From NCBI GenBank assembly GCA_965206595.1, contig OZ242214.1, forward strand, positions 1,024,001 through 1,088,000: a DNA stretch of 64,000 bases, written 5' to 3'. Under the pieces are notes generated by a model. It was not told the DNA's origin, ran no database searches, and saw only the letters and a list, made by a program, of their open reading frames with translations. The DNA is from Candidatus Latescibacterota bacterium. Lineage in GTDB: Bacteria; Latescibacterota; UBA2968; UBA8231. A program made the translations under genes and the position numbers. Position 1 is the stretch's first letter, and each line of letters begins with the position of its first letter. Shown one piece after another: positions 44,479 through 53,931 of the stretch.

Positions 44479-47400
44479 ATGAGAATACGACCCGTCAGCG
44501 CGCTCACGGCTTTACTAGGCAGCGCTATCCTGGGGTCGAGCCCGCCCCTGTACGCGGAAGTCGATTTCAGGGGGCTCGAGCGGCTGGCCCCGAAGCAGCG
44601 TCTCGAAGAGACCGTCCAGTATCTCTCCGGTCTCGGCTCGCGCGTCGCCGGGTACCCCGGCGCCGAAGCCGCCGCCCTCTACATCCAGCAGCAGTTTCGC
44701 GACATCGGGCTGGACGGGATCTCCTTTCAGACGTACGACATCTCCATCCCGGTAGAGAAGGGTGGATTCATCGAGCTCGCCGGAGGGGATGCCGGGCGTT
44801 TTGCGATTCACGGACTGTGGCCCAACCTCGTGCGCACCTCCACGCTTCCCGACGGCGGCATCGACGCGAAGCTCGTGTACGGCGGCACCGGGGAATTCCC
44901 CGAGCTCTCCGGCACCGGGATCGAAGGTTCGGTCGTCCTTCTCGAGTTCAACTCCGGCGACAACTGGCTCAACTGTGCCTACCTCGGCGCCGCGGCGATT
45001 CTTTTCGCCGAGCCGGACTCGACTGTCTATCTCGAGGGGGAGAAGAAATTTCTCACCATGCCGCTCGACATGCCGCGCTTCTGGATCGCCAAGGAGGCCG
45101 CCGAGAACCTGCGCGGGCGGCTGGAGGAGGGCGGGTCCCTGCCGGTGCACCTCGAATACCGCATGGACTGGGAACGCCGGCCGGCCTGGAACATCCTCGG
45201 CGCCATTCCGGGGTACGACCCGCTCCTCAAGGAGGACACCATCGTCCTCGAGTCGTACTACGACGCCATGTCGGTGGTGCCGGCGCTGGCTCCGGGGGCC
45301 GAGCAGGCGGCCGGCATCGCCGCCCTGCTCGAGCTCGCAAGGTACTTCCGCGACAATCCGCCCTCGCGGACCGTGGTCTTTCTGGCAACGTCGGCGCACC
45401 ATCTCGCCCTTCGCGGCGTAGACGATTTCATCCAGCGCTACCTGCGCAAGGAAGACCCGTTCATCGATCGCATGGTCGTTCGCAGGGTCGTCGAGGCGGC
45501 GCTGGCGAGAGGCTTGATAGAGTCGGAGGGAGTCACCTACCGGCTGGGCAGCCTCGAGTTCCACGGCAAGGAGGGACTGATCCGTGAGATCGCCGACAAC
45601 GACACGATCCTGGTCCGTTCCGTCCTGAAGGCCGCCCTCGAAGAGGAGGACGCGGTGCGGCGGGAAGGGGACCGTTTCCTCGTCGCCGATGAATCCTTCT
45701 CCAGCCTCGAGAAGCTCGAAGCGGAGCTCGCCGACGACGAGGACCTCAGGCTCGCCTTTTACAAGGAATGGGTCAATCCCAAGGTCGATTCCCTCGGCGT
45801 GAAGCTGTTCGTCAGCCTGGACCTGTCGACGCAGACCGACGAGCTCGGCGTCTGGAACAGCAACACGAGCTTCTACTACAAGCGCTACTTCGCCCCCTTC
45901 GGCAAGAACTTCATGTCGTACGCCCGTGTCCTGAGCCGCGAGCTGGGGTACGACGACCGCGACATCCTCGTCAACGGCATCAGCCCGGAGGGCGGCAAGA
46001 GCTGGGAGACCTTCGTTCCCGGCGAGATTTCCGTGAACAGCGAGCTCGTCCTCGACACCGGCACGCCGGCCCTGGCCTTCGTCACCGTGAACGACGCCCG
46101 CTTTCTCGTCGACACCCCGCTCGACCGCGCCTCCGAGGTCAACCACGAGAACCTGGCGCGCCAGATCAGGGCGCTGGCCGGGATGTTTCACATGGCCTTC
46201 GAGGACCCGGAGCTGTTTCCCGATTTCAAGATGCGCCTGAAGGACACCATGCGCACCCTGAAGGGCAGGACGATGGTCTTCCCGAGGCGCAGCATCGTTC
46301 CCGACCTGGCGCGGCCCGGGGCGGTAGCCTCTGTCCGCAACGGCAAGAAGAAGTCCTACAAGGGGGTGCGGGGAGAACACTTCGAGGTGGTCGACTCCGA
46401 CGGCGCCTTCTACGACAACCGCATCCGCGTCAACTCCGTGCAGATCGAGGGGTACTTCATGGACCCGGCCACCGGCAGCGTCACCTACGCGCCGGACCGC
46501 GGCGAGCAGGGGGACGGGTCCTACCCGATGAAGATCTCCATGGACTGGCGCGACAAGCAGTGGATGGTGGTGCTGTTTCCGTGCGAGTCGTTCAACTTCT
46601 ACGACATCGTCGACCCGCGCTACCTCACCAAGCTTTCGCAGGTGACGATCTTCGACGAAACCAACACGACGCCGGTCGAGTACGGGTACACCATCGGAGA
46701 GGGCCCCTCCGCCAGGGGCGAGCCGGTGGGGGTGCTGTTCGCCCGCCCCGGGACCATCATCAAGCTCGGCTTCGGCGCCAGCATCCTCGGGTTCCGTTCC
46801 CTGCTGCTCAACTCCGAGTCGGCCGACGACATGGACCGCGCCCTCGGCGCCGGGTTCGCGATCCAGCCAGGGACCTCGTTCGCGCGCACCTCGTACCGCT
46901 CCGCCAGGGACATGTGGACTCTCGACGAGGCCCGCATGCGGGAGCTCAAGAGCTTCGCCATCGAGAACCAGCGCCTCAACGCCCTGCACGATCGCGCCGA
47001 GGAGGAGCTCGAAAAGGCGGAGCTGGCACTGGCATCGAAGGAGTGGGGAGAATTCGTCAAGTACACGCGCGCCGCCATCGGCCTGGAGTCGCGCGCCTAT
47101 CCCGACGTCAAGTCGACGCAGAACGACGTCATCCGGGGCATCATTTTCTTCATGGCCCTGGTCCTGCCCTGCGCCTACTTCGCCGAGCGCCTGCTGATCA
47201 CCGCGGCGACGATCAAGAATCAGATCCTGGGATTCGGGAGCATCTTCCTCGTCATCTGGATCATCCTGTCGGTGGTGCACCCGGCGTTCCAGCTCTCCAA
47301 TCCCTTCGTGATCCTGCTCGCCTTCGTGATCCTGACGCTGGCGGTGCTCGTCATCTGGCTCATCTCGGGCCGCTTCAACGAGCAGATGAAAAAGCTGCGC

Positions 47401-49263
47401 ACCGAGGTGGCGGTGATTCACGACACCGACGTATCCCGTTCCAGCGCCTCCCTGACCGCCTTCCTGCTCGGCATCTCCAACATGAAGCGGCGCAAGCTGC
47501 GAACTGTGCTCACCTTCACGACCCTGCTGCTGCTGACCTTCACGGTGCTCTCCTTCACGTCGATCCAGACGTCGTTGCGCTTCAATCAGATCGAGCGCGA
47601 CAACGAGGGCCTCTACGAGGGGATCATGATCCGCAGCAAGGCCTGGACCCCTCTCGAGGAGTCGGTGTACGAGTATGCCCTGAGCCACTTCGGCGACCGC
47701 GCCGTGGTTGCGCCGCGCAGTTGGTACGACAACAAGACCAAGGCCCACATCAAGATGAAGCGCGGCGTCGGCAGGCATAACGCCCTCGGGGTGCTCGGCC
47801 TGACGCCGCATGAGAGCGAGATCACCGGCCTCGACCGCGCCCTGATAGCGGGGCGCTGGTTCCGGCCCGGGGAGGAAAAGGTCTGCATCATTCCCAACGA
47901 CATGATCGGGACGACGCAGGACAAGCTCGACATCGACCTCGCCGCGGTAAATGTCGGCGAGGGGGTCGAGATCCGGGTGTTCGGCGATCAGTTCAGGATC
48001 GTCGGAGTGATCAGCTCGAAGAAGATGAAACAGCTGAAGGATCTCGACGACGAGATGATGACGCCGGCCGACTTCGCCGTCACCGGCGGCCAGGCGGTGC
48101 AGGAGATGGCGGAGGAGGAAAAGCGGGAGAAGGAGGGCCTCGAGGACGCCAAGGTCGTTATCAAGCCGTTCGTCCACCTCGAGCCGGCCAACACCCTGAT
48201 CGTTCCCTACAACACTTTGCGCAACATCGGCAGCGGTAACCCGCTGCAGTCGGTGGCGGTGCGCTTCGAGGACGAGGACGTGTCCGTGCGGCGCGAGATC
48301 GAGGAGTTCCTGTCGCGGCTCGCGGTCACCCTTTTCGCCGGAGTTCAGGAAGAGGGTGACGAGTACGTCCGCGTCTCCATCTACAGCTCGCTCGGCATGA
48401 CCTCCCTTTCGGGTATGGCCAACCTGTTCATTCCGATCCTGATCGCCGCCCTGATCGTGCTGAACACGATGATGGGGAGCGTGTACGAGCGCTTCCGCGA
48501 GATCGGCGTCTACTCGTCGGTCGGGCTTGCCCCGGCCCACATATCCTGGCTGTTCATGGCCGAGTCCTGCGTGTACGCCGTCCTCGGAGTGGTCGCAGGA
48601 TACCTCGCCGGACAGATCACGGCGACGACGCTGATCAAGTTCGATCTGGTCGCCGGCTTCACCCTCAACTACTCGTCGCTGTCCGCGGTGATGTCCTGCA
48701 TCCTGGTGATGGCCGTGGTCATGCTGTCGACGGCGTATCCGGCACGCAAGGCCTCGCAGATGGCGGTACCCGACGTCACCCGCAAGTGGCGACTGCCGCC
48801 GCCGTCGGGGGACGAGTGGCATTTCGAGTTTCCGTTCACGGTCAGTGGGCACGACGTCATCGGGCTCAGCGTATTCCTTATCGGCTACTTCGACTCGTAC
48901 AGCGAAGAGTCGATCGGCACCTTCTACACCGACGGGGCCAGCCTGCGGCGTTTCGACTCTGAGCACGGCGAAGGTTACTCGATCGACATGAACATCTGGC
49001 TGGCGCCCTTCGACCTCGGGGTGAGTCAGCACGTCGTCATCCGGGCCAACCCGGAATCCGAGCACAACATCTACTCGATATCGCTGGACATCCGCCGCCT
49101 CAGCGGCGAGGATGCCTCCTGGCGGCGGGTCAACCAGCGCTTCATGAACGTCATCCGCAAGCAGTTCCTGATCTGGCGGACGGTCGACGCCGAGGCCAAG
49201 GACTCGTACCGCGGTCAGGGGGTCGAGATCCTCGCGGGTGAGCGCACCGAGGTATCGGCTTAA
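44479..49263 (+). CDS. Large membrane protein: degenerate M28 peptidase-like ectodomain plus FtsX/MacB-like permease
   Basis: Signal peptide; SRVAGYPG, NILG.IPG, SYYDA...APGAEQAAGIAALLELAR; NMKRRKLRTVLT; VYERFREIGVYSSVGL; YPARKAS. Confidence 0.8.
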   Translation: MRIRPVSALTALLGSAILGSSPPLYAEVDFRGLERLAPKQRLEETVQYLSGLGSRVAGYPGAEAAALYIQQQFRDIGLDGISFQTYDISIPVEKGGFIELAGGDAGRFAIHGLWPNLVRTSTLPDGGIDAKLVYGGTGEFPELSGTGIEGSVVLLEFNSGDNWLNCAYLGAAAILFAEPDSTVYLEGEKKFLTMPLDMPRFWIAKEAAENLRGRLEEGGSLPVHLEYRMDWERRPAWNILGAIPGYDPLLKEDTIVLESYYDAMSVVPALAPGAEQAAGIAALLELARYFRDNPPSRTVVFLATSAHHLALRGVDDFIQRYLRKEDPFIDRMVVRRVVEAALARGLIESEGVTYRLGSLEFHGKEGLIREIADNDTILVRSVLKAALEEEDAVRREGDRFLVADESFSSLEKLEAELADDEDLRLAFYKEWVNPKVDSLGVKLFVSLDLSTQTDELGVWNSNTSFYYKRYFAPFGKNFMSYARVLSRELGYDDRDILVNGISPEGGKSWETFVPGEISVNSELVLDTGTPALAFVTVNDARFLVDTPLDRASEVNHENLARQIRALAGMFHMAFEDPELFPDFKMRLKDTMRTLKGRTMVFPRRSIVPDLARPGAVASVRNGKKKSYKGVRGEHFEVVDSDGAFYDNRIRVNSVQIEGYFMDPATGSVTYAPDRGEQGDGSYPMKISMDWRDKQWMVVLFPCESFNFYDIVDPRYLTKLSQVTIFDETNTTPVEYGYTIGEGPSARGEPVGVLFARPGTIIKLGFGASILGFRSLLLNSESADDMDRALGAGFAIQPGTSFARTSYRSARDMWTLDEARMRELKSFAIENQRLNALHDRAEEELEKAELALASKEWGEFVKYTRAAIGLESRAYPDVKSTQNDVIRGIIFFMALVLPCAYFAERLLITAATIKNQILGFGSIFLVIWIILSVVHPAFQLSNPFVILLAFVILTLAVLVIWLISGRFNEQMKKLRTEVAVIHDTDVSRSSASLTAFLLGISNMKRRKLRTVLTFTTLLLLTFTVLSFTSIQTSLRFNQIERDNEGLYEGIMIRSKAWTPLEESVYEYALSHFGDRAVVAPRSWYDNKTKAHIKMKRGVGRHNALGVLGLTPHESEITGLDRALIAGRWFRPGEEKVCIIPNDMIGTTQDKLDIDLAAVNVGEGVEIRVFGDQFRIVGVISSKKMKQLKDLDDEMMTPADFAVTGGQAVQEMAEEEKREKEGLEDAKVVIKPFVHLEPANTLIVPYNTLRNIGSGNPLQSVAVRFEDEDVSVRREIEEFLSRLAVTLFAGVQEEGDEYVRVSIYSSLGMTSLSGMANLFIPILIAALIVLNTMMGSVYERFREIGVYSSVGLAPAHISWLFMAESCVYAVLGVVAGYLAGQITATTLIKFDLVAGFTLNYSSLSAVMSCILVMAVVMLSTAYPARKASQMAVPDVTRKWRLPPPSGDEWHFEFPFTVSGHDVIGLSVFLIGYFDSYSEESIGTFYTDGASLRRFDSEHGEGYSIDMNIWLAPFDLGVSQHVVIRANPESEHNIYSISLDIRRLSGEDASWRRVNQRFMNVIRKQFLIWRTVDAEAKDSYRGQGVEILAGERTEVSA

Positions 49264-49301
49264 GGGGCAGCGGTCAAGGGAGCGAGCGAAGGGAACCTCA
49301 A

Positions 49302-51719
49302 GTGCTGTTTCGCAAGAACAAGAACCCCAACGCGGAAATAGAAGAGTACCGGGATCTGCTCGATACCCCCGAGACGTTCGAGGAGGGGTTCACGACCAAG
49401 ACGATCCTCGGCGTCCTGTTCGTCGCCTTCGTCATGATTCCCGGGAACATCTACCTGGGGCTGATGGTCGGCGGCAATCTCGGCGCCGCCGCGGAGTGGG
49501 TGACGATCATCCTGTTCGCCGAGATCACCAAGCGCTCCTTCACGACGCTGAGGAAGCAGGAAGTCTACGTCCTCTACTACGTCGCGGCCGGGCTGATAGC
49601 CGCCGAGACCGGCTCCTTCCAGGGCCTGCTATGGAACCAGTACCTGCGCCAGTCCCCGGCGGCCAAGCAGTTCGGCATCGCCAACCTGATTCCCGACTGG
49701 TTCGCGCCCCCTCTCGAATCGGCCGCCCTGCTGCAGCGGACCTTCCTGCACTCCGACTGGCTGCTGCCGATCGCCCTGCTGGTCGCCGGCGTGCTGATCG
49801 CCCGCGTCTCCTGGTTCACCGCGGCGTACGCCCTCTTCCGCGTCAACTCCGATTACGAGCGCCTGCCCTTTCCCTTCGCCCCGGTAGCGGCCCAGGGGGC
49901 AACGGCGCTGGCCGAGACAACCCAGGGGGTCGAGTCCTGGCGCTGGCGGGTGTTTTCCGCAGGAGCGATGATCGGGCTCGTCTTCGGCACCCTCTACGTC
50001 GCCATCCCGGCGATTACCGGCGCCCTGCTCACCGAGCCGATCCAGCTGATACCGATCCCCTTCGTAGACTTCACCCAGGTCACCGGTAACTTCATCCCGG
50101 CGACGCCGCTGGGATTCACCGCCCATCTCGGACCGATCTTCGCCGGTCTGGTGGTCCCCTTCTGGGGGGTGATCGGGACCTTTCTCGGGGTCGTCGCGCA
50201 CTCTATCGCCAACCCCATCCTCTACAAGTACGGTCTTCTCGAGATCTGGCAGCCGGGGATGGGGGCGGTCGAGACCTTCTTCGTCAACAGCGTCGACTTC
50301 TGGATGAGCTTCGGCATCGGCACGACCCTGGCGATCGCCATCATCGGCCTCTACCAGGTCACCCGGGCCCTGATAGGCGCCCGCGATGCCGGAGGCAGGG
50401 TCGGGGAAGTAAGGCGCAGCTGGGAGGTCCCGAAGGGCCGGGGAGATTTTTCGCTGTGGACGGCGCTGGGGCTGTACGCGGTGGCCACGAGCGGCCTGAT
50501 CCTGATCGCCGCTTTCCTGCTGCCGGGGTTCAAGGGCTTCATCTGGTTCTTCCTGTTCTTCGGCTTCGTCTTCACCCCGTTCCAGTCGTTCGTCAACGCC
50601 CGCCTCTACGGCATGGTGGGGCAGAGCGTCGATATCCCGTTCGTACGCGAAGCGACCATCATCCTGTCCGGGTACCAGGGGGTCGATATCTGGTTCATAC
50701 CGTTCCCCCTGGGGAACTACGGCAGCCAGTGCCAGAAATTTCGCGAGATCGAGCTGACCGGAACCCGCTTCACCAGCATCATCAAGGCCGAGGTCTTCAT
50801 GGTGCCGATCGTGCTGTTCACCACCTTCCTGTACTCGTCCTACGTCTGGAAGCTGGCACCGATTCCCTCGGCGTCGTACCCGTACGCCCAGGTGATGTGG
50901 CGGCTTCAGGCCTTGCAGACCTGTCTCTGGTTCACCGGGACCCTGCGCAGCGAAATGGATTACCTGCCCGACCGCTCCGAGGCGACCTGGATGCCGGCGA
51001 ACCTGGTCGAGGGGGAGTGGTGGTACTGGCGGGTGCGGGCCGTCGACCCCGCCTGGCTCGAGTCGAAGGGCAAGCAGGGGCAGGCCGGACCGTGGTCCGA
51101 GAAGCGGGCTTTCTTCACCCATTTCGACGAGGGGGAGCCGGAGCTGCCAGAGCATCCTCCCGGCGCCATGAAGAGTGTTCCGGATGTGGGCGCAGCGGCG
51201 GTTGCCCTGACCGGACCGGCGGTGACCGCGGTCTCTCCGGCAGTCGACATCGGCATTATCCGCACCCCGAGACCGGAGCTGGTGGTGCGTTCAGACGAAC
51301 CGCTTCCCGAGGGCTGGGAGTACTACTACGCCCTCGACACCGACCCCAACTTCTCCAGTCCGTGGATCCAGCGCACTACCGACGAGCCGTGGCTGTTCCG
51401 CGCCATCAAGCCGAACATCATCGCCGCCGGCGCCATCGTCGGCCTGGGGAGCTACATCCTGCTGTCGATTTTCGGCCTGCCGATCCTGCTGGTCTTCGGG
51501 TACGTCCGGGCCCTGACCACGATCCCGCACTGGATGGTAACCGAGGTCATCGGCGCCATGCTGGCCCGCTACTATTTCTGGGGCAAGTACGGCAAGAAGG
51601 AGTGGCGGCTGTACGCGCCGGTGCTTGCGGTCGGGTTCGCCTGCGGCATGGCGCTCATGGGGATGGCCGCGATCTCCATCGCCCTGATCCAGAAGTCGGT
51701 CTCCGTACTCATCTTCTGA
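49302..51719 (+). CDS. OPT-like multi-pass membrane transporter with a soluble FN3/Ig-like insertion
   Basis: FEEGFT.KTILG, AAEWVTIILFAEI, ERLPFP.APV.AQGA.AL; many TM helices; insertion with WYWRVRAVD. Confidence 0.7.
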   Translation: MLFRKNKNPNAEIEEYRDLLDTPETFEEGFTTKTILGVLFVAFVMIPGNIYLGLMVGGNLGAAAEWVTIILFAEITKRSFTTLRKQEVYVLYYVAAGLIAAETGSFQGLLWNQYLRQSPAAKQFGIANLIPDWFAPPLESAALLQRTFLHSDWLLPIALLVAGVLIARVSWFTAAYALFRVNSDYERLPFPFAPVAAQGATALAETTQGVESWRWRVFSAGAMIGLVFGTLYVAIPAITGALLTEPIQLIPIPFVDFTQVTGNFIPATPLGFTAHLGPIFAGLVVPFWGVIGTFLGVVAHSIANPILYKYGLLEIWQPGMGAVETFFVNSVDFWMSFGIGTTLAIAIIGLYQVTRALIGARDAGGRVGEVRRSWEVPKGRGDFSLWTALGLYAVATSGLILIAAFLLPGFKGFIWFFLFFGFVFTPFQSFVNARLYGMVGQSVDIPFVREATIILSGYQGVDIWFIPFPLGNYGSQCQKFREIELTGTRFTSIIKAEVFMVPIVLFTTFLYSSYVWKLAPIPSASYPYAQVMWRLQALQTCLWFTGTLRSEMDYLPDRSEATWMPANLVEGEWWYWRVRAVDPAWLESKGKQGQAGPWSEKRAFFTHFDEGEPELPEHPPGAMKSVPDVGAAAVALTGPAVTAVSPAVDIGIIRTPRPELVVRSDEPLPEGWEYYYALDTDPNFSSPWIQRTTDEPWLFRAIKPNIIAAGAIVGLGSYILLSIFGLPILLVFGYVRALTTIPHWMVTEVIGAMLARYYFWGKYGKKEWRLYAPVLAVGFACGMALMGMAAISIALIQKSVSVLIF

Positions 51720-51741
51720 TTCGCCACAGGTGCGTTGCCAA

Positions 51742-52746
51742 ATGGCTGACCGTGGAGTCGAGTGGGCGGACTTCGGATGGCAGGGGATTTATCTGCGCGT
51801 GCCGGATGACTGGAACCTGGGCAAGGTGGACGGCGACGCGAAGAGCGGCTACGCCCGTCTCGACGACGCCGAGATCGTCCGCGCCGAAGTCGAATGGCGG
51901 GAGACGCCGGACCGGGGACGCAGACTGCCGGTCCCCGACCTCGTAGAGCGCTACCTCGACAAGCTGGCGAAAAAAGCGGAGAAGGCAGACACTCCCTTCT
52001 CGGTGACGAGGCAGGCAAAGTTCCTGCGCGACAAGCGCTGGCTCGAGGGGGCCGAGTACGAGGCCTTTACCTGGCGCGCCGACTACCTCGCCTACAATCT
52101 GGCGCGCGCCTGCCCCGACTGCGGGCGCATCCTGCTGCTGCGCGTTCTCGCCCGGCTCACGGAGAACCTCGAAGAGCTCGCCGACCGGGTCTTCCGCTCC
52201 GTCGCCTGCCACAGCGCCGACAGGATGCGCTACTGGAGCGTCTACGGCATGACCTTCCGAGTGCCCGAGGAGTTCGCCCTCTCCAAGCACGAGCTCAAAT
52301 CCGGCAATATCCAGATGACCTTCGAGAGGAAGAACCAAAGCTGCCGGGTACAGCGCCTCAGCATGGCCCAGATGCTGCTCAAGGGGACGACCCTCGAGGA
52401 GTGGTATCCCAACTTCTTCCGCAAGGAGCTGCGCGATTTCAACTGCGACGTCGCCGAGACCGGGGTGGGGGATCACCAGGGACTGCGGGTGACCGGGCGG
52501 CCGCGCAGCCGTTTGCGCCAGCTGCTGCGGCCCCTGCCGCTGCTCAACCCGCGTCCCCGCCAGCACCTCGACGCCCTCGTCTGGCACTGCGAGGAGGGGA
52601 ACCGAATCTGCGTCGTCGAACACCTTTACAAGAGGGAAAAGGAGCGCGACGACCTCACCGACCGCCTGAGCGCCGTCTATGTTTGCCACCCGCAAGAAAC
52701 CGAAGCTGACGCGCGAGGCGATGCTCAACTCGCGTCCGGCGCGTAA
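51742..52746 (+). CDS. Hypothetical protein with two internal PsbP/DcrB-like repeats
   Basis: FGWQGIYLRVPDDW and WSVYGMTFRVPEEF repeat units; co-oriented in the operon. Confidence 0.6.
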   Translation: MADRGVEWADFGWQGIYLRVPDDWNLGKVDGDAKSGYARLDDAEIVRAEVEWRETPDRGRRLPVPDLVERYLDKLAKKAEKADTPFSVTRQAKFLRDKRWLEGAEYEAFTWRADYLAYNLARACPDCGRILLLRVLARLTENLEELADRVFRSVACHSADRMRYWSVYGMTFRVPEEFALSKHELKSGNIQMTFERKNQSCRVQRLSMAQMLLKGTTLEEWYPNFFRKELRDFNCDVAETGVGDHQGLRVTGRPRSRLRQLLRPLPLLNPRPRQHLDALVWHCEEGNRICVVEHLYKREKERDDLTDRLSAVYVCHPQETEADARGDAQLASGA

Positions 52747-53116
52747 CGACCTGCTTCAGTGGGATAAGACGGAAAGCGGCGAAGCCCGCATAACCGTCAC
52801 CCGCATCGACTCCTGGAAGGTGCGGCTGCTTTCCAAGCTGTTCTACGTCCCCAGGAAGCGCACCATCACTCTCGACGAAGTCGGCACCGAGATCTGGCAG
52901 ATGTGCAACGGCCGCACCTCGGTCGGGCAGATGATCGAGGAGCTGCGCGTCAAGTACAAGCTCGACCGCAAGGAGGCGGAGGTGTCGCTGCTGCAGTACC
53001 TGAAGACGCTGGGCGAGAAGCGATTCGTCGGCTTCGTCCTCGAGGGGACGGAGCAGTCGGAGCGGCAGCAGAAGTATTCCAGGGGGGACGCGAGCGGCAA
53101 GAGGTGGGAGAAATAG
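52679..53116 (+). CDS. PqqD/RRE-like winged-helix protein
   Basis: LDEVGTEIWQMCNGRTSVGQMIEEL...EAEVSLLQYLKTLGEKRFV. Confidence 0.8.
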   Translation: MFATRKKPKLTREAMLNSRPARNDLLQWDKTESGEARITVTRIDSWKVRLLSKLFYVPRKRTITLDEVGTEIWQMCNGRTSVGQMIEELRVKYKLDRKEAEVSLLQYLKTLGEKRFVGFVLEGTEQSERQQKYSRGDASGKRWEK

Positions 53117-53165
53117 TGCCTTCCCGCGTAAATCGGGGTCGAAACGAAGGCGAGGAGGAGCCACG

Positions 53166-53193
53166 TCCTTTCGCCGATGCATCGGCGAAAGGA
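53166..53193. repeat. 28-bp perfect palindrome downstream of the PqqD-like gene
   Basis: TCCTTTCGCCGATGCATCGGCGAAAGGA. Confidence 0.75.
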
Positions 53194-53338
53194 TTCGCGT
53201 GGATGTGCGGGCGCGGGCACTTGCCGCCCTGAACGTCACCCGCCGCTCGTGGCCCCGGTTCTTCCCCTCGGCGGGAGGCCAGAATCTCCTGCCACCTTTC
53301 CACTTCAGGATACGAAACCGGTACGCTAGGCGGCAGAG

Positions 53339-53926
53339 ATGACCGGAACCCCCGACTGGCAGCACAGGTTCGCCCGGTTTCTGTCGCACCTGTTCAGTCC
53401 GGCGGCCATGGCTGTCTGGGTGTTCGCCGGACTGGGGATCCTGCGCCCAGGCGAGACCGACTGGAAGGCCCTGGGGATTGCCCTCGCCCTGTTCACCCTG
53501 CTTCCCTGCGCCGTCATGGTGCTGCTGCGCCGGCGAGGCCTCGAGGACGTGTACGCTCCCGAGCCGGCCCTCAGGCAGCGCATCCTCCTGATGGGAACAG
53601 TCTGCTATCTGACAGGTTTCCTGGTTCTTTCGGCCGTGGATGCGGCACCGACCATGACCTGGAGCGCCGCCTCCATCACCTTGGCCGCGGCCGCCGTCCG
53701 GGTGATCGACCGCTTCTGGAAGATCAGCATACATTCGGTCGGGGTCGCCGCGGGGGTGTTCGTCCTCGTGAAGGTGGGCGGCCCCGGGCAGTGGCCCCTG
53801 CTTGCCGCCCCTCCCCTCGTCGCCTGGGCGCGGCTGCGGCTCGGGGCGCACACGGTCCCGCAGCTGCTTGCCGGGATTCTCCTCGGGGCCCTGGTGCCCG
53901 CCCTTCTCCTGCCCCATTTCCGCTGA
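53339..53926 (+). CDS. PAP2-like integral membrane protein
   Basis: FWKISIHS...WARLRLGAHTVPQLLAG; multiple TM helices. Confidence 0.7.
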   Translation: MTGTPDWQHRFARFLSHLFSPAAMAVWVFAGLGILRPGETDWKALGIALALFTLLPCAVMVLLRRRGLEDVYAPEPALRQRILLMGTVCYLTGFLVLSAVDAAPTMTWSAASITLAAAAVRVIDRFWKISIHSVGVAAGVFVLVKVGGPGQWPLLAAPPLVAWARLRLGAHTVPQLLAGILLGALVPALLLPHFR

Positions 53927-53931
53927 TCGCC

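Noticed and set aside
44515-49065. 1516-aa ORF on the minus strand
   Set aside because: Antisense shadow of the 1594-aa gene; typical of high-GC DNA, with no motifs
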